A stretch of DNA of 64,000 nucleotides from an uncultured Clostridia bacterium (GCA_934183305.1 CAKPSF010000003.1:10673-74672), one strand, 5' to 3'; positions 1 to 9,006 are shown, counted from the first letter of the stretch. The notes: generated by a model not told the origin, from the sequence alone. Numbers and translations: made by a program.

Positions 1-430
1 CCGCAAATTCGTCTCTGGTATTATCTGTAACCAAGTATAATGTATCTGATTTTTCATCATATAAAATGTCATAAATTATTAAATCTCCCTCAACTGTATT
101 TTGTGCCACTCTTATAAATGAGCTTTTTCTATTTTTGTAATTTTCCATAAATTCATTGTACAAATAATCATTATGCACCATTGCTCCAATTACAAAAGAA
201 TTATCTTTTTGAGCATCAAAAGAAGTATACTCACTTGGTAAATTTCTTATATCTTTATTTTGAGTCAATGTTGTATTATAGAAATCATCTACGTTTTTTA
301 TTGTGGTGTCATCATTAAGTTTATTTGCTGTCGAAACTCTACCTCTATCTACATGATTTATTATAATTCCTATAACTAAAAGTATAATTAAGAATACTCC
401 TATAATAATACATATCTTCTTTTTCATCAT
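1..430 (-). CDS. Hypothetical membrane-anchored protein. It is partial: the N-terminus is in the window and the gene runs off the window start.
   Basis: Open frame from ATGATG at 430/427 (RBS AAGGAGG 4-7 nt upstream) with no stop down to position 1. N-terminus MMKKKICIIIGVFLIILLVIGII is a signal anchor. The ORF track misses it because it has no stop in the window. Confidence 0.45.
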   Translation of the reverse strand, partial: MMKKKICIIIGVFLIILLVIGIIINHVDRGRVSTANKLNDDTTIKNVDDFYNTTLTQNKDIRNLPSEYTSFDAQKDNSFVIGAMVHNDYLYNEFMENYKNRKSSFIRVAQNTVEGDLIIYDILYDEKSDTLYLVTDNTRDEFA

Positions 431-459
431 TGTTCCTCCTTAAATTGATATTTATATTT

Positions 460-1287
460 CTATATAACATCATAATTACATTTGCCACACCAAGAGCATC
501 CATTACATCTATCTCTACTTTTGCAATTTCTGCATTTAGGTTGAATTTTAATCTCATTATACTCTAATGGATTTTGCAATTTAGATTTTAATGCCATAAC
601 TTTTTGATAAGCTTTAGGTATATGATAAGTTTTTCCATCTTTTATAAATACATTTCCAGTTCCAACAAAATTAAACTTGACATTATACTTTACACATTCA
701 TCATATAGTTTCTTTACCCAATCATAATATAATGGTCTATTTCCTTCATAATTTTCTCCATCAACTAATACTATTTCAATTTTTCCAGTCTTTAAGTATT
801 CATCCAATGTGATTTCCCCAATCATTGGTGCACACATAATTCCTTTATGTTTAAAAGGTAAATTCAATAAAATTGGGATTCGTTCATCTGCTCTTTTTTG
901 ATTTTCTGCTGTAAAAACCATAATTACATTTTCCCAGCCATCATTCCAATCATCTGGCAAATTTGCTGCAACTCTTTCTGCTCTTTTTGTTTGAAGCCAA
1001 AATGTAACATCTTTTCTATTTCTTATCATATTCCATACTTCATCTCGCCACTTATCCGCTTCTTCTAGAAAAAAATCACTAGTCATACAGACTCGTATAG
1101 TAGAACCACTTTGAATTTTATATTCTCCATTTCTATTTTTCTTTAATGGTAAATTAAAATTTGTTTTTACTTTATATATATCGCTACCATCTTTTTCTCT
1201 TTGAGAGTCAAGAAAGTACATATAGCAATTTTCACATCCTTCGCTATATTTACGACATCCATGCCAAGGATTCCATATATCATTCAA
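460..1287 (-). CDS. DUF5131 / phage Gp37-Gp68 family protein
   Basis: N-terminal WNPWHGC motif and C-terminal Cys cluster (CRNCKSRDRCNGCSWCGKC) are typical of the Gp37/Gp68 family. TTG start, confirmed by hand; GGAAGTG lies 8 nt upstream. Confidence 0.55.
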   Translation of the reverse strand: MNDIWNPWHGCRKYSEGCENCYMYFLDSQREKDGSDIYKVKTNFNLPLKKNRNGEYKIQSGSTIRVCMTSDFFLEEADKWRDEVWNMIRNRKDVTFWLQTKRAERVAANLPDDWNDGWENVIMVFTAENQKRADERIPILLNLPFKHKGIMCAPMIGEITLDEYLKTGKIEIVLVDGENYEGNRPLYYDWVKKLYDECVKYNVKFNFVGTGNVFIKDGKTYHIPKAYQKVMALKSKLQNPLEYNEIKIQPKCRNCKSRDRCNGCSWCGKCNYDVI

Positions 1288-1368
1288 ATTATATCACTTC
1301 CAGTTTTATAGAAATTACCCAATTCATTTATTGTATCTAATATTTTACTTAATTTTCCACTAAGTTTA

Positions 1369-1845
1369 TTATTCATTCTCTATCATATCAAGCATTCTTA
1401 TATGAAAACCATTTTCTTGATAAAATTTAATTGCCTTTTCATTATATCCAAACACAGCAATCATTATTTTTTCACATCCAATTGATTTTAAATAATCTCT
1501 CATCTTTTGTAATAAAGCTTTTCCTATGCCTTTTCCTCTATAATCCTTACTAACTACTAATTCAGTTATTCTACCTCTCTTTGGTACATCAAAATCATAA
1601 TTCTTGGTTTTACTATTATTAATAATGCCTACTACCAACCCTATTATTTTTCCAGCTTCTTTGTATAAAAAGATTTTGCCATCTTTTTCAGTAACATTTT
1701 TAATTGTTTCTGTAAAATATTCTTCTCTATACTCATTACCTACTATGTTATATCCCTCTATATCAATATTAACTATATATTTTTGTAATTCTACTAACAA
1801 GTCTTTTATTTCTTCATTGTATTCTGGAGTATATTCAATAATCAT
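1369..1845 (-). CDS. GNAT family N-acetyltransferase
   Basis: Acetyl-CoA binding motif RGKGIGKALL, followed by the GNAT C-terminal core YNEKAIKFYQENGF. Confidence 0.8.
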   Translation of the reverse strand: MIIEYTPEYNEEIKDLLVELQKYIVNIDIEGYNIVGNEYREEYFTETIKNVTEKDGKIFLYKEAGKIIGLVVGIINNSKTKNYDFDVPKRGRITELVVSKDYRGKGIGKALLQKMRDYLKSIGCEKIMIAVFGYNEKAIKFYQENGFHIRMLDMIENE

Positions 1846-1918
1846 AAAACTTATCTCCTTCTTAAACTACCATATTCCTTATAAAAATATCTTTTCTCCA
1901 TTTAATTAAAATTTTTTA

Positions 1919-2407
1919 TCATAGTTCTACAATATTAACTTGATTTCCGTGTTCTTTTATAATATCAATTAAGTCTAACACTTTTAACCATACTGTTGCT
2001 GTATTATCGTTTGGATGGATTCCAATTATTTGTTTATCATTAAGAAAATCTTTATCTAAATAAAATTTAACTTTTAATTCTTTATCGTTTAATAAGCCAA
2101 ATGGAGTTACACTACCAGCAGTTAAATTCATAATACTCATTAAATCTTGTTCTGAGACGAAACTTAAAGGTCTTGTGCCATTATTATTTCTAAATTCTTT
2201 CAAATTAACTCTTTTATTCCCTTTAACTGTTATAAGATAATAGTTTCTTTTCTTATCATCACGAACAAATAAATTTTTTGCATCATACTCTGGATATGGT
2301 ACTTCTATTTCTGATAGTTCTTCCATATTAAAAACTGCTTTATGTTCTGTTATTTCATACCATATATTTTTACTCTTTATAAAATCATATACTTCTTGTT
2401 TCTTCAT
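1919..2407 (-). CDS. YbaK/ProX-like aminoacyl-tRNA deacylase domain protein
   Basis: About 160 aa. The GIHPNDNTATV segment and overall layout resemble YbaK/prolyl-tRNA editing domain proteins. Confidence 0.55.
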   Translation of the reverse strand: MKKQEVYDFIKSKNIWYEITEHKAVFNMEELSEIEVPYPEYDAKNLFVRDDKKRNYYLITVKGNKRVNLKEFRNNNGTRPLSFVSEQDLMSIMNLTAGSVTPFGLLNDKELKVKFYLDKDFLNDKQIIGIHPNDNTATVWLKVLDLIDIIKEHGNQVNIVEL

Positions 2408-2417
2408 ATTCTTCCTC

Positions 2418-3011
2418 TTAGTTTTTTATAGAAAATTCTTCTTGTTCTTGATACCATTCTGCGAATTTTTCCATAGCAGAATAAGAACCATCTACTTTTT
2501 TTCTATTATCTCTTTCCTGTTCATTCATTTCAGCTAAAGTTTTATCAAAACCTTTAGGTTTAAAAACATACCATAAATCAGACCACTTTTCTTTTCTATC
2601 TTGTCCTTGTATTTTATTTGATAAATTACCAGGATGTTTTCCATAAAAATATCGTATTTCATTTCCATCATGATATGCTAGGCATTCGTTAAATGCACAT
2701 GTTCTATTATTTTTATTTTCCATTAATTTTAAAATTCCATCTATTCCAATTGTTTCTAATGAAAAATTAACAAAAGCTCTTGGAAAACCATTTAATTCAT
2801 CAATTCTAAAATCCGTATCTAGTGCAATGCAAGGTTTTTTTACCATCTCATAGGCTTGACAGACTTTTGCTTTTGCAATTTCTTGTATATCATCACTTCG
2901 TGGTTCATCTAATTCAAAGTCAATTGTATTTAATTTTATATTCTTAAAGTATTTCTCTGCTGATTTAGCTTTTCCTTTATTATGTGTTACAAAAATTATT
3001 TCTTTTTCCAT
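2418..3011 (-). CDS. Divergent Ham1/RdgB (ITPase)-like non-canonical NTP pyrophosphatase family protein
   Basis: IIFVTHNKGK aligns with the RdgB N-terminal VVLATGNxGK motif. IAKAKVCQA...IALDTDF aligns with ENAxLKAR...DDSGL. Start re-assigned to ATG 3011, which has RBS AGAGGAG 8 nt upstream; the track start is GTG. Confidence 0.45.
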   Translation of the reverse strand: MEKEIIFVTHNKGKAKSAEKYFKNIKLNTIDFELDEPRSDDIQEIAKAKVCQAYEMVKKPCIALDTDFRIDELNGFPRAFVNFSLETIGIDGILKLMENKNNRTCAFNECLAYHDGNEIRYFYGKHPGNLSNKIQGQDRKEKWSDLWYVFKPKGFDKTLAEMNEQERDNRKKVDGSYSAMEKFAEWYQEQEEFSIKN

Positions 3012-3025
3012 TTTTGTCACTCCTC

Positions 3026-4012
3026 TTATAAATTAGCTTTTATAATTTTATCTTTCTTCATCTTATCTATTATTTTTGCATAAACTCTATCTCTTATCCA
3101 TGGTTCAGATGACATTTCCAACACTTCATTAATTGGAACCCATTTAACTCCGCTATTTTCGTCTTCTTTTATATGTATTTCTTCATTTTCATCAGCTTCT
3201 AATAAATATGTTACATTAATATGAACATGTGAGCCAACATATTTGCCTCTTTTTTCATGTCCATTTACATTAATTAATTCTAGTGAATAAATATCCTTAG
3301 AAATAGGAGTAACATTTTTTATTCCTGTTTCTTCTTTTGCTTCTTTCATAGCCACATATAAAAGGTCACTATCTCCATCACTATGTCCACCAGTCCAAGC
3401 CCATGAATTATAAATTTTATGATATATCATTAAAATTTTTGTTCTTTCTTTATTAATAACAAATGCAGAACTAGTAAAGTGTCCATATTCATTTTGTCTT
3501 GTTAATACATCATCAAAATCATTTATATACTTTAGCATTATGTTTCTGTCCACTTCTTCTTGCTCATTATATGGAATAAATTTTTCAATATTTTCTTTTA
3601 AATTGCCCATATCAATTTTCTTTGTTTTATTTTTCTCCATATATTCTTCAATTAGTGGTATTCTAGCTTTATCTTTTTCTCTGTTACTATTTTTTAAAAA
3701 CTCATAATACATTTCTATACTTTGAAGATTAAGTCCATCGTATCTTTCTATTTTCCAAGATTCTTTGGTATCAACTACACATTCTATTTTATCACTAACT
3801 TTATACCATCCATTTCCTTTTTCTTGTAGTTTATAATTATTTTTTAGTTCCTGCAATCCTTTTTCTGTAACAGCAATATCAAGGTCTCCAGCATCAGGAT
3901 ATATATTGCGAATAACTAATGAGCCACTTGATAAAATCCAATATTCATTTTTATCTAATTTTAAACTTTCAATTAATTCCATAAGTTCTTGTTTATTCAT
4001 TCTTTTTTCCAT
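3026..4012 (-). CDS. Fusion protein: Lnu/ANT(2'')-like nucleotidyltransferase N-domain plus C-terminal NUDIX hydrolase domain
   Basis: N-domain EYWILSSGSLVIRNIYPDAGDLDIAV aligns with LnuA TYWLDGGWGVDVL...HRDIDIDFD. C-domain carries the Nudix box GGHSDGDSDLLYVAMKEAKEETGI. It sits 14 nt upstream of the Ham1-like gene. Confidence 0.55.
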   Translation of the reverse strand: MEKRMNKQELMELIESLKLDKNEYWILSSGSLVIRNIYPDAGDLDIAVTEKGLQELKNNYKLQEKGNGWYKVSDKIECVVDTKESWKIERYDGLNLQSIEMYYEFLKNSNREKDKARIPLIEEYMEKNKTKKIDMGNLKENIEKFIPYNEQEEVDRNIMLKYINDFDDVLTRQNEYGHFTSSAFVINKERTKILMIYHKIYNSWAWTGGHSDGDSDLLYVAMKEAKEETGIKNVTPISKDIYSLELINVNGHEKRGKYVGSHVHINVTYLLEADENEEIHIKEDENSGVKWVPINEVLEMSSEPWIRDRVYAKIIDKMKKDKIIKANL

Positions 4013-4046
4013 ATTTCAACTTTTCCTTAATAATTTTTTATATAAT

Positions 4047-4568
4047 CTATATAATAGACGCTATTCCAATTACTCCTATCATTGCCAAGCCTAGACTAGG
4101 CATAATAATGCCAGGTAAATCTTGAAATTTATCAGGATTAATCTTTCTAAATAGTACACCAATAATTAAGAATACTATTGAATTTAATAAAGCCATCCAC
4201 TTTGGTACACTTAGTGCTCCATTTAATACTGCTACTGCAACACATATATCTGCAATCATTAATACACAATATATTAACATAAATGGAAATATTATAGTTT
4301 TATAAAAGCCTTCCAATGTATTGTCAGCAAGTTCAAAATTTGTTTTACCATTATCAGTAATCCTTTTATAAATAACTGCTTGAATACATAACATAGAATG
4401 AATAAATAAACCGCCTACGCAACCAATAAATCCTGTTATTAAAATTAAATTAGATAATATTACATTATTTTCTCTAATTATATTTGCTATAGCATAAAAT
4501 CCAAATCCTAATAATATCACTCCAAACATGGCAAATATTATAGACAATCCAAATCTCCATTCAGACAT
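4047..4568 (-). CDS. Hypothetical polytopic membrane protein
   Basis: Multiple hydrophobic segments. The start is uncertain: the track start at 4640 is TTG with no RBS, while ATG 4568 has a weak GGAG. Confidence 0.35.
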   Translation of the reverse strand: MSEWRFGLSIIFAMFGVILLGFGFYAIANIIRENNVILSNLILITGFIGCVGGLFIHSMLCIQAVIYKRITDNGKTNFELADNTLEGFYKTIIFPFMLIYCVLMIADICVAVAVLNGALSVPKWMALLNSIVFLIIGVLFRKINPDKFQDLPGIIMPSLGLAMIGVIGIASII

Positions 4569-4730
4569 TTCACTCCAATTGCTATCAATATTCTTTGATG
4601 TTCCTAATTTTTTATTACCTTTTCCTTTTAAATCAAACAATAAATCTCAAACGCAACATAATAATCCACCAATTAATCCCATAATACTAAAAATTAAATT
4701 CATAATATACCTCCAATTTTAAATATCACA

Positions 4731-5150
4731 TTATATTTCATTATCCAAAACTTGTATTTTTACAACTTCTTCTAGTGGCGTAGGACTAATGCTTCTGATT
4801 ATTTCATCAGTAAAAGTAATTGATATATTAGTTCCTTCTTTCAAATCAGAAACTTTAATTTTTTTGCCTCTCCAAACCATATTCATACTATCATCTACTT
4901 TAAATGTAAAATTTCCTCTGTAATTTATATCATTTACTTCTAATCCTTTTACATTAAGATGAAAGCTACCATCGTTATATTGTTTTATGCTTTGTATATT
5001 TGCATAAAATGTTTGAGCATCATATGCCTTTCTAATTGCTAAATCATTTTTAGGTGCATTTCTTTGACCTATAAATAAGCCAATTGTAAAACTTATTCCA
5101 ATAATTACTATTAATCCTAGTATAATAACGATTTTTTGTTTTGTATTCAT
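4731..5150 (-). CDS. Hypothetical secreted or membrane-anchored protein
   Basis: Start re-assigned to ATG 5150, which has RBS AAAGGAGG 8 nt upstream. N-terminal signal anchor KQKIVIILGLIVIIGISF. Confidence 0.4.
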   Translation of the reverse strand: MNTKQKIVIILGLIVIIGISFTIGLFIGQRNAPKNDLAIRKAYDAQTFYANIQSIKQYNDGSFHLNVKGLEVNDINYRGNFTFKVDDSMNMVWRGKKIKVSDLKEGTNISITFTDEIIRSISPTPLEEVVKIQVLDNEI

Positions 5151-5236
5151 AAATTTTCCTCCTTTTAAATTTAAAATATAAACTAGCTTCATTTATTCAA
5201 TTAATAAGTTAAACTTTATTATGTAATTACAATAAA

Positions 5237-5821
5237 CTATTTTCTATAAAAATGAAAATCGCAACAATCTTTACCGTAACCCAAAGTTTTAGTTCGTGAA
5301 AATCCTAATTTTTTTAAATTTCCATAAGTCACATCATCTACATCACAAAAAAGGCAGCACAACTTTTCACAATCATTTTCTACACAAGCTGTATGCCAAA
5401 GACATTTTTTCATTGTCACATCAAAAGATTTCTCATCATGACTTTGTTCACTATCCCATAAGTCAGTTTTGCGTACAACTTTAAGGAATATCTTACTATA
5501 AAGTGAATAAAAACATGGTATTTTTTCCATTTTCACCATAGATAAATGCTTTTGTTGGGCAACTATATCAAGCATATATTTTCGCATATACTTATATACA
5601 TCTTCTTCTGAAAAGTCTTCTTTTTGTAAAACTTTATACAATGCTATACGAGGAAGAATTGTTTGGACAAGTGTTTTTGTTTGATTTTCTGACTTGTTTT
5701 TTATATTTTTGATAAGCTCATTAAGCATTATCGCCTGTTTATTAAACAAGTTTTCTCCTTTATCCACGCCAAACTCTTCAATTAAAAATACTTTTATTTG
5801 TTTTTGCTGCTTTATATTCAT
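5237..5821 (-). CDS. Hypothetical protein with Cys-rich C-terminus, possibly of the ATC-hydrolase-like family
   Basis: C-terminal CLWHTACVENDCEKLCCLFCDVDD...DCCDFHF cluster. The family assignment is tentative. Confidence 0.3.
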   Translation of the reverse strand: MNIKQQKQIKVFLIEEFGVDKGENLFNKQAIMLNELIKNIKNKSENQTKTLVQTILPRIALYKVLQKEDFSEEDVYKYMRKYMLDIVAQQKHLSMVKMEKIPCFYSLYSKIFLKVVRKTDLWDSEQSHDEKSFDVTMKKCLWHTACVENDCEKLCCLFCDVDDVTYGNLKKLGFSRTKTLGYGKDCCDFHFYRK

Positions 5822-5928
5822 GCTTATAACACCTCCACAAATTAATAATGAATTAGTTCTTTGTCATTCGTTTGGATTGCCTTATTTTTAATTTAACAAA
5901 TTATATTTATAGTTATGCCTACCATATA

Positions 5929-6591
5929 CTATAAATTTGTTTCTATAATATAGTTTAAATCTTCTATTGTTTTATCTATATTCATCATACCATTTCCAAT
6001 AGGATAATAAACTGGATACACTTTATACTCTACGTTAGATATGTTTTTTAAAAAATTTTGTTTTCTACATTGAGATACCGATATTTTTTTACCAAGTACA
6101 ATAGAACTCACTTGATTTCCAAAAGTTATAATTACCTTAGGATTAATTATTTCTATTTCTTTGTATAATAAGTCTAGATATTGATTATAAACCGAATTAG
6201 GTAATATTCTAGCATCTACTTGTGTACATTTTCCTAAATTAGTTATAAAGTATTTATGTTTCTCCACATTATCATATACTATATCGGCAAATTCTTCATC
6301 CCATTCCTGTGATTTTTTAGAAATAATATCATTATATATGTTTTCATCAAGTAGCCCTATTTTATAAAATAATTTCCATATATTTTTAGTTCCAATCCAA
6401 GGCGATCTTCTGCCTTTCCAACTTGGAACCGATGCAATATTCTTTCCAGTTGGATTCATAAAAATAAAACAAAAATCAGGATTATTAGTACAACCTCCAT
6501 TATATATAGATGTCAATTCTTTTGCTCCATACTGTAGCTGTAATTTGTCATATTCTGAATTTAATTCCTCTATTTTTGCTTTATGTAACAT
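5929..6591 (-). CDS. Uracil-DNA-glycosylase-superfamily-like protein (tentative)
   Basis: ITNLGKCTQVD and IITFGNQVSSIVLG resemble UDG family-4-type motifs. The canonical GEGPG motif is absent, so this is low confidence. Confidence 0.3.
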   Translation of the reverse strand: MLHKAKIEELNSEYDKLQLQYGAKELTSIYNGGCTNNPDFCFIFMNPTGKNIASVPSWKGRRSPWIGTKNIWKLFYKIGLLDENIYNDIISKKSQEWDEEFADIVYDNVEKHKYFITNLGKCTQVDARILPNSVYNQYLDLLYKEIEIINPKVIITFGNQVSSIVLGKKISVSQCRKQNFLKNISNVEYKVYPVYYPIGNGMMNIDKTIEDLNYIIETNL

Positions 6592-6621
6592 ATATACTTT
6601 TTCTCCTTTTATTTTTATCTA

Positions 6622-6939
6622 TTATATATTGAAGTCATTATTTATATAATCTGTATAATATATAACTTTCTTACCTAATTTTTTTGCATATTCTATTTCT
6701 AAATTTGTACTATTTCCAATATAATTATTTACATTTATTACTAATATAGCATCTGACAATTCTATCCTCTTAAAATGTGCTTGTTTTAGTTTTATCAGTT
6801 GTTCTTCTGTTATATTACTATTCTTTAACACTTGATAAACTGGTGTAAGAACACACTTGCCATCTAAAGCTAATTTTTGTGCAACTTCCATCATTTCTTT
6901 TTGAAATCTCATACTTCCACATAAAGTTATTATTTTCAT
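6622..6939 (-). CDS. Hypothetical small protein (nucleoside 2-deoxyribosyltransferase-like fold suspected)
   Basis: 105 aa, MKIITLCGSMRF...VLTPVY. The family call rests on weak resemblance only. Confidence 0.25.
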   Translation of the reverse strand: MKIITLCGSMRFQKEMMEVAQKLALDGKCVLTPVYQVLKNSNITEEQLIKLKQAHFKRIELSDAILVINVNNYIGNSTNLEIEYAKKLGKKVIYYTDYINNDFNI

Positions 6940-7090
6940 TTTACAATATTCTCTCCAAATTTTTACATATCTAATTCATATAATAGCACAAATATAATTC
7001 TAATGTAAACTATCTAATAAATAATTTTTCAAAAAAGAACTGATAATAAGTCACAATAAAAACCCCATAATATATGGGGTTTTTATATGC

Positions 7091-7351
7091 CTACTCATCG
7101 TCTTTAATTTCTTCAAAACGATATTTTTGAGTTGCATTTGGATATTTTTCATGATCAACTTCAGACAGAAACATACTTAACGGACGTGCATAGATTCCAT
7201 CTTTATGGTTTGTTTTGCCGTTATTGTCCATACAACAATAAACGACTAACTCTTCGCCTGTTTCACTATGTTTAGCCACTGTAATTACAAATGACCTTGC
7301 CCCTTTAAAATGTCTCCACATCGTAAACGGTTTTACTTCTCTGTTTTCCAT
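7091..7351 (-). CDS. DUF1653 domain protein
   Basis: [21 protein letters not shown]...[25 protein letters not shown]. Start re-assigned to ATG 7351 (RBS AAAGGAG 8 nt upstream). The track ORF 7091..7546 is an N-terminal over-extension. Confidence 0.6.
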   Translation of the reverse strand: MENREVKPFTMWRHFKGARSFVITVAKHSETGEELVVYCCMDNNGKTNHKDGIYARPLSMFLSEVDHEKYPNATQKYRFEEIKDDE

Positions 7352-7385
7352 AAAAAAATCTCCTTTAAAAAATTTATTTATTTTT

Positions 7386-7414
7386 TTTATATCACAAAAA
7401 ACAACAATTATCAA
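7386..7414 (-). promoter_or_regulatory. Putative sigma-A promoter (TTGATA-17-TATAAA) for the DUF1653 gene
   Basis: Read on the minus strand as TTGATAattgttgttttttgtgaTATAAA, about 35 nt upstream of the RBS. Confidence 0.35.
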
Positions 7415-7492
7415 GTGCTTTAAAAAATCATTTTTATTCTGGCAATTTATTATAATATAAAATTCATATAAACAAACCAAACAAATCGTGAC

Positions 7493-7521
7493 AAAGGAGG
7501 TCCTAACAAAGGACCTCCTTT
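7493..7521 (-). terminator. GC-rich hairpin (11-bp perfect stem), probable terminator of the small upstream gene
   Basis: AAAGGAGGTCC-taacaaa-GGACCTCCTTT lies 18 nt downstream of the stop at 7539. The U-tract on the minus strand is imperfect (UGUCACGAUUUGUUUGG); on the plus strand it is followed by TTATTTT. Confidence 0.45.
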
Positions 7522-7538
7522 TATTTTGCCTATGGAGT

Positions 7539-7703
7539 TTATTCATTTAGTTCTTCAGTAAATTCAAGAAGATAAATCGCAAGGGAGGTACTGATTTCAC
7601 CAGATTTCCAATTTCTTTTTAAAACATCATCTTCTGGTAAATTTTCTAATTGTTCCAACCGTTTCAAAAAATCTTTTACGTTTTTTTGCAATGAATCATT
7701 CAT
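7539..7703 (-). CDS. Hypothetical small protein (54 aa)
   Basis: Start ATG 7703 with RBS GGAAGGAG 10 nt upstream. The track start is TTG at 7757. Confidence 0.3.
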   Translation of the reverse strand: MNDSLQKNVKDFLKRLEQLENLPEDDVLKRNWKSGEISTSLAIYLLEFTEELNE

Positions 7704-7839
7704 AAGTTGTTTACTCCTTCCTATGTTCGGAACTCCATATTTATGCAATAATACCAAGTGGTATTATACAATATTTATTATACATTAAAATTATATAAAA
7801 TGCAATTTCAAATATAATTTATCTTCTTGCTTCTTTCAC

Positions 7840-8005
7840 TTATTCTTTATACCAACCTTCACCGTCAACACAAATTAATATTTGTCCTCCGCCTTTAGTT
7901 GCATGGTGAATATGCCAATTGTTTCTACATTTAGGTTCAAATGTTACATTAGCCATAAATACACTTGTTTCTTTGTTGTTTCTCTACCCGCTGTTTGTTT
8001 TTCCA
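7840..8005 (-). pseudogene. Cupin-domain gene remnant (frameshifted and truncated)
   Basis: The frame MANVTFEPKCRNNWHIHHATKGGGQILICVDGEGWYKE* carries cupin motif 1 but lacks motif 2 and the C-terminus. A short ORF with RBS AGGAG (MEKQTAGRETTKKQVYG*) sits immediately upstream in another frame. Confidence 0.45.
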
Positions 8006-8020
8006 TATCAAATTTCTCCT

Positions 8021-8491
8021 TTACTTCAAACTATCAGTCCATTCTTTAATAACACTATCACTCACACTAGATGAAAATCTTCTGCCTTCAAGCCATGTTC
8101 CTCCATTTGCCATTGTTTCTAAATTTTTGCCACTTTGTCCCATTTCAGATGATGAAGATGTGCAAAATGGTATCACTGTTTTTCCTGTAAAATCATTATC
8201 TTTTACAAAAGTATTTACTGGCCAAGCAGCAATTCCCCACCATACAGGAGTTCCAAGTATAATTTCATCATATTTACTTAAATCGCAATTTATATCTTGT
8301 ATTTGTGGTAAATGATTACTTGCTTCGCTATTTTGTTCATCATTTACAACTGTATCATAATCATCTGAATATGGAATTACAGTTTTAATTTCTAAAATAT
8401 CACAATTTAGCTTTTCCTTTATTTTATTTGCTATCATTCTTGTATTTCCAGTATATGAAAAATATACTATTAATTTTTTATTATTTTCCAT
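8021..8491 (-). CDS. Flavodoxin family protein
   Basis: LIVYFSYTGNTRMIANKI is the FMN phosphate-binding loop, and GTPVWWG is present. Start re-assigned to ATG 8491 (RBS GGAGGT 8 nt upstream). Confidence 0.75.
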   Translation of the reverse strand: MENNKKLIVYFSYTGNTRMIANKIKEKLNCDILEIKTVIPYSDDYDTVVNDEQNSEASNHLPQIQDINCDLSKYDEIILGTPVWWGIAAWPVNTFVKDNDFTGKTVIPFCTSSSSEMGQSGKNLETMANGGTWLEGRRFSSSVSDSVIKEWTDSLK

Positions 8492-8504
8492 TATCAATTA
8501 CCTC

Positions 8505-8888
8505 CTACAAATCCTCTGTAAAATCTTTTCTTTTTCCTAAAGATATTTCTTCATAAAGTTTTATTTTATAGTTTAATTTATCTATTGTTGCATTTATATT
8601 TTCTTGTTTTTCTAATAATCTCTTTCTCTGTTCTTCTAGCAACTCTTTTCTTGCCGTAACAATACTTTTGCCTTTTTCAAACAACGACATGTATTCTATT
8701 AAAATCTCAATTCCAACTCCTGCATCTCTCATACATTTTATAAATTCAATTCGTTTGCAGGTCTTGTCGTCATAATTTCTAATACCATTTTTATTTCTTG
8801 GTACATTTGATATTAAGCCTATTCTTTCATAATATCTTAAGGTGTCAGGTGTTAAATTATATTTTTTTCCAACTTCTGCAATTGTCAT
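8505..8888 (-). CDS. MerR family transcriptional regulator
   Basis: N-terminal HTH MTIAEVGKKYNLTPDTLRYYERIGLI plus a coiled-coil C-terminus. Confidence 0.8.
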   Translation of the reverse strand: MTIAEVGKKYNLTPDTLRYYERIGLISNVPRNKNGIRNYDDKTCKRIEFIKCMRDAGVGIEILIEYMSLFEKGKSIVTARKELLEEQRKRLLEKQENINATIDKLNYKIKLYEEISLGKRKDFTEDL

Positions 8889-8965
8889 TTAATTATCCTC
8901 CTTAATATTATTTTATATATCACTTATAGTTAGCTCAAAGTCAATAGTTTTTTGTTAAATTTATA

Positions 8966-8999
8966 TAAAAAAATTAGATTAGCACCTTACTAATCTAAT
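8966..8999 (-). terminator. Rho-independent terminator
   Basis: On the minus strand: ATTAGATTAG-taaggtg-CTAATCTAAT (10-bp perfect stem) followed by UUUUUU, downstream of the hydrolase stop at 9007. Confidence 0.7.
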
Positions 9000-9006
9000 T
9001 TTCAAC

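Noticed and set aside
345-557. 70-aa track ORF
   Set aside because: It overlaps the better-supported partial gene 1..430 (which has an RBS and continues to the window edge) and the DUF5131 3' end. It has no support of its own.
7091-7546. Track ORF suggesting a 151-aa protein
   Set aside because: The first 65 codons are an N-terminal extension running through the upstream terminator hairpin. The conserved DUF1653 sequence starts at ATG 7351, which has a strong RBS.
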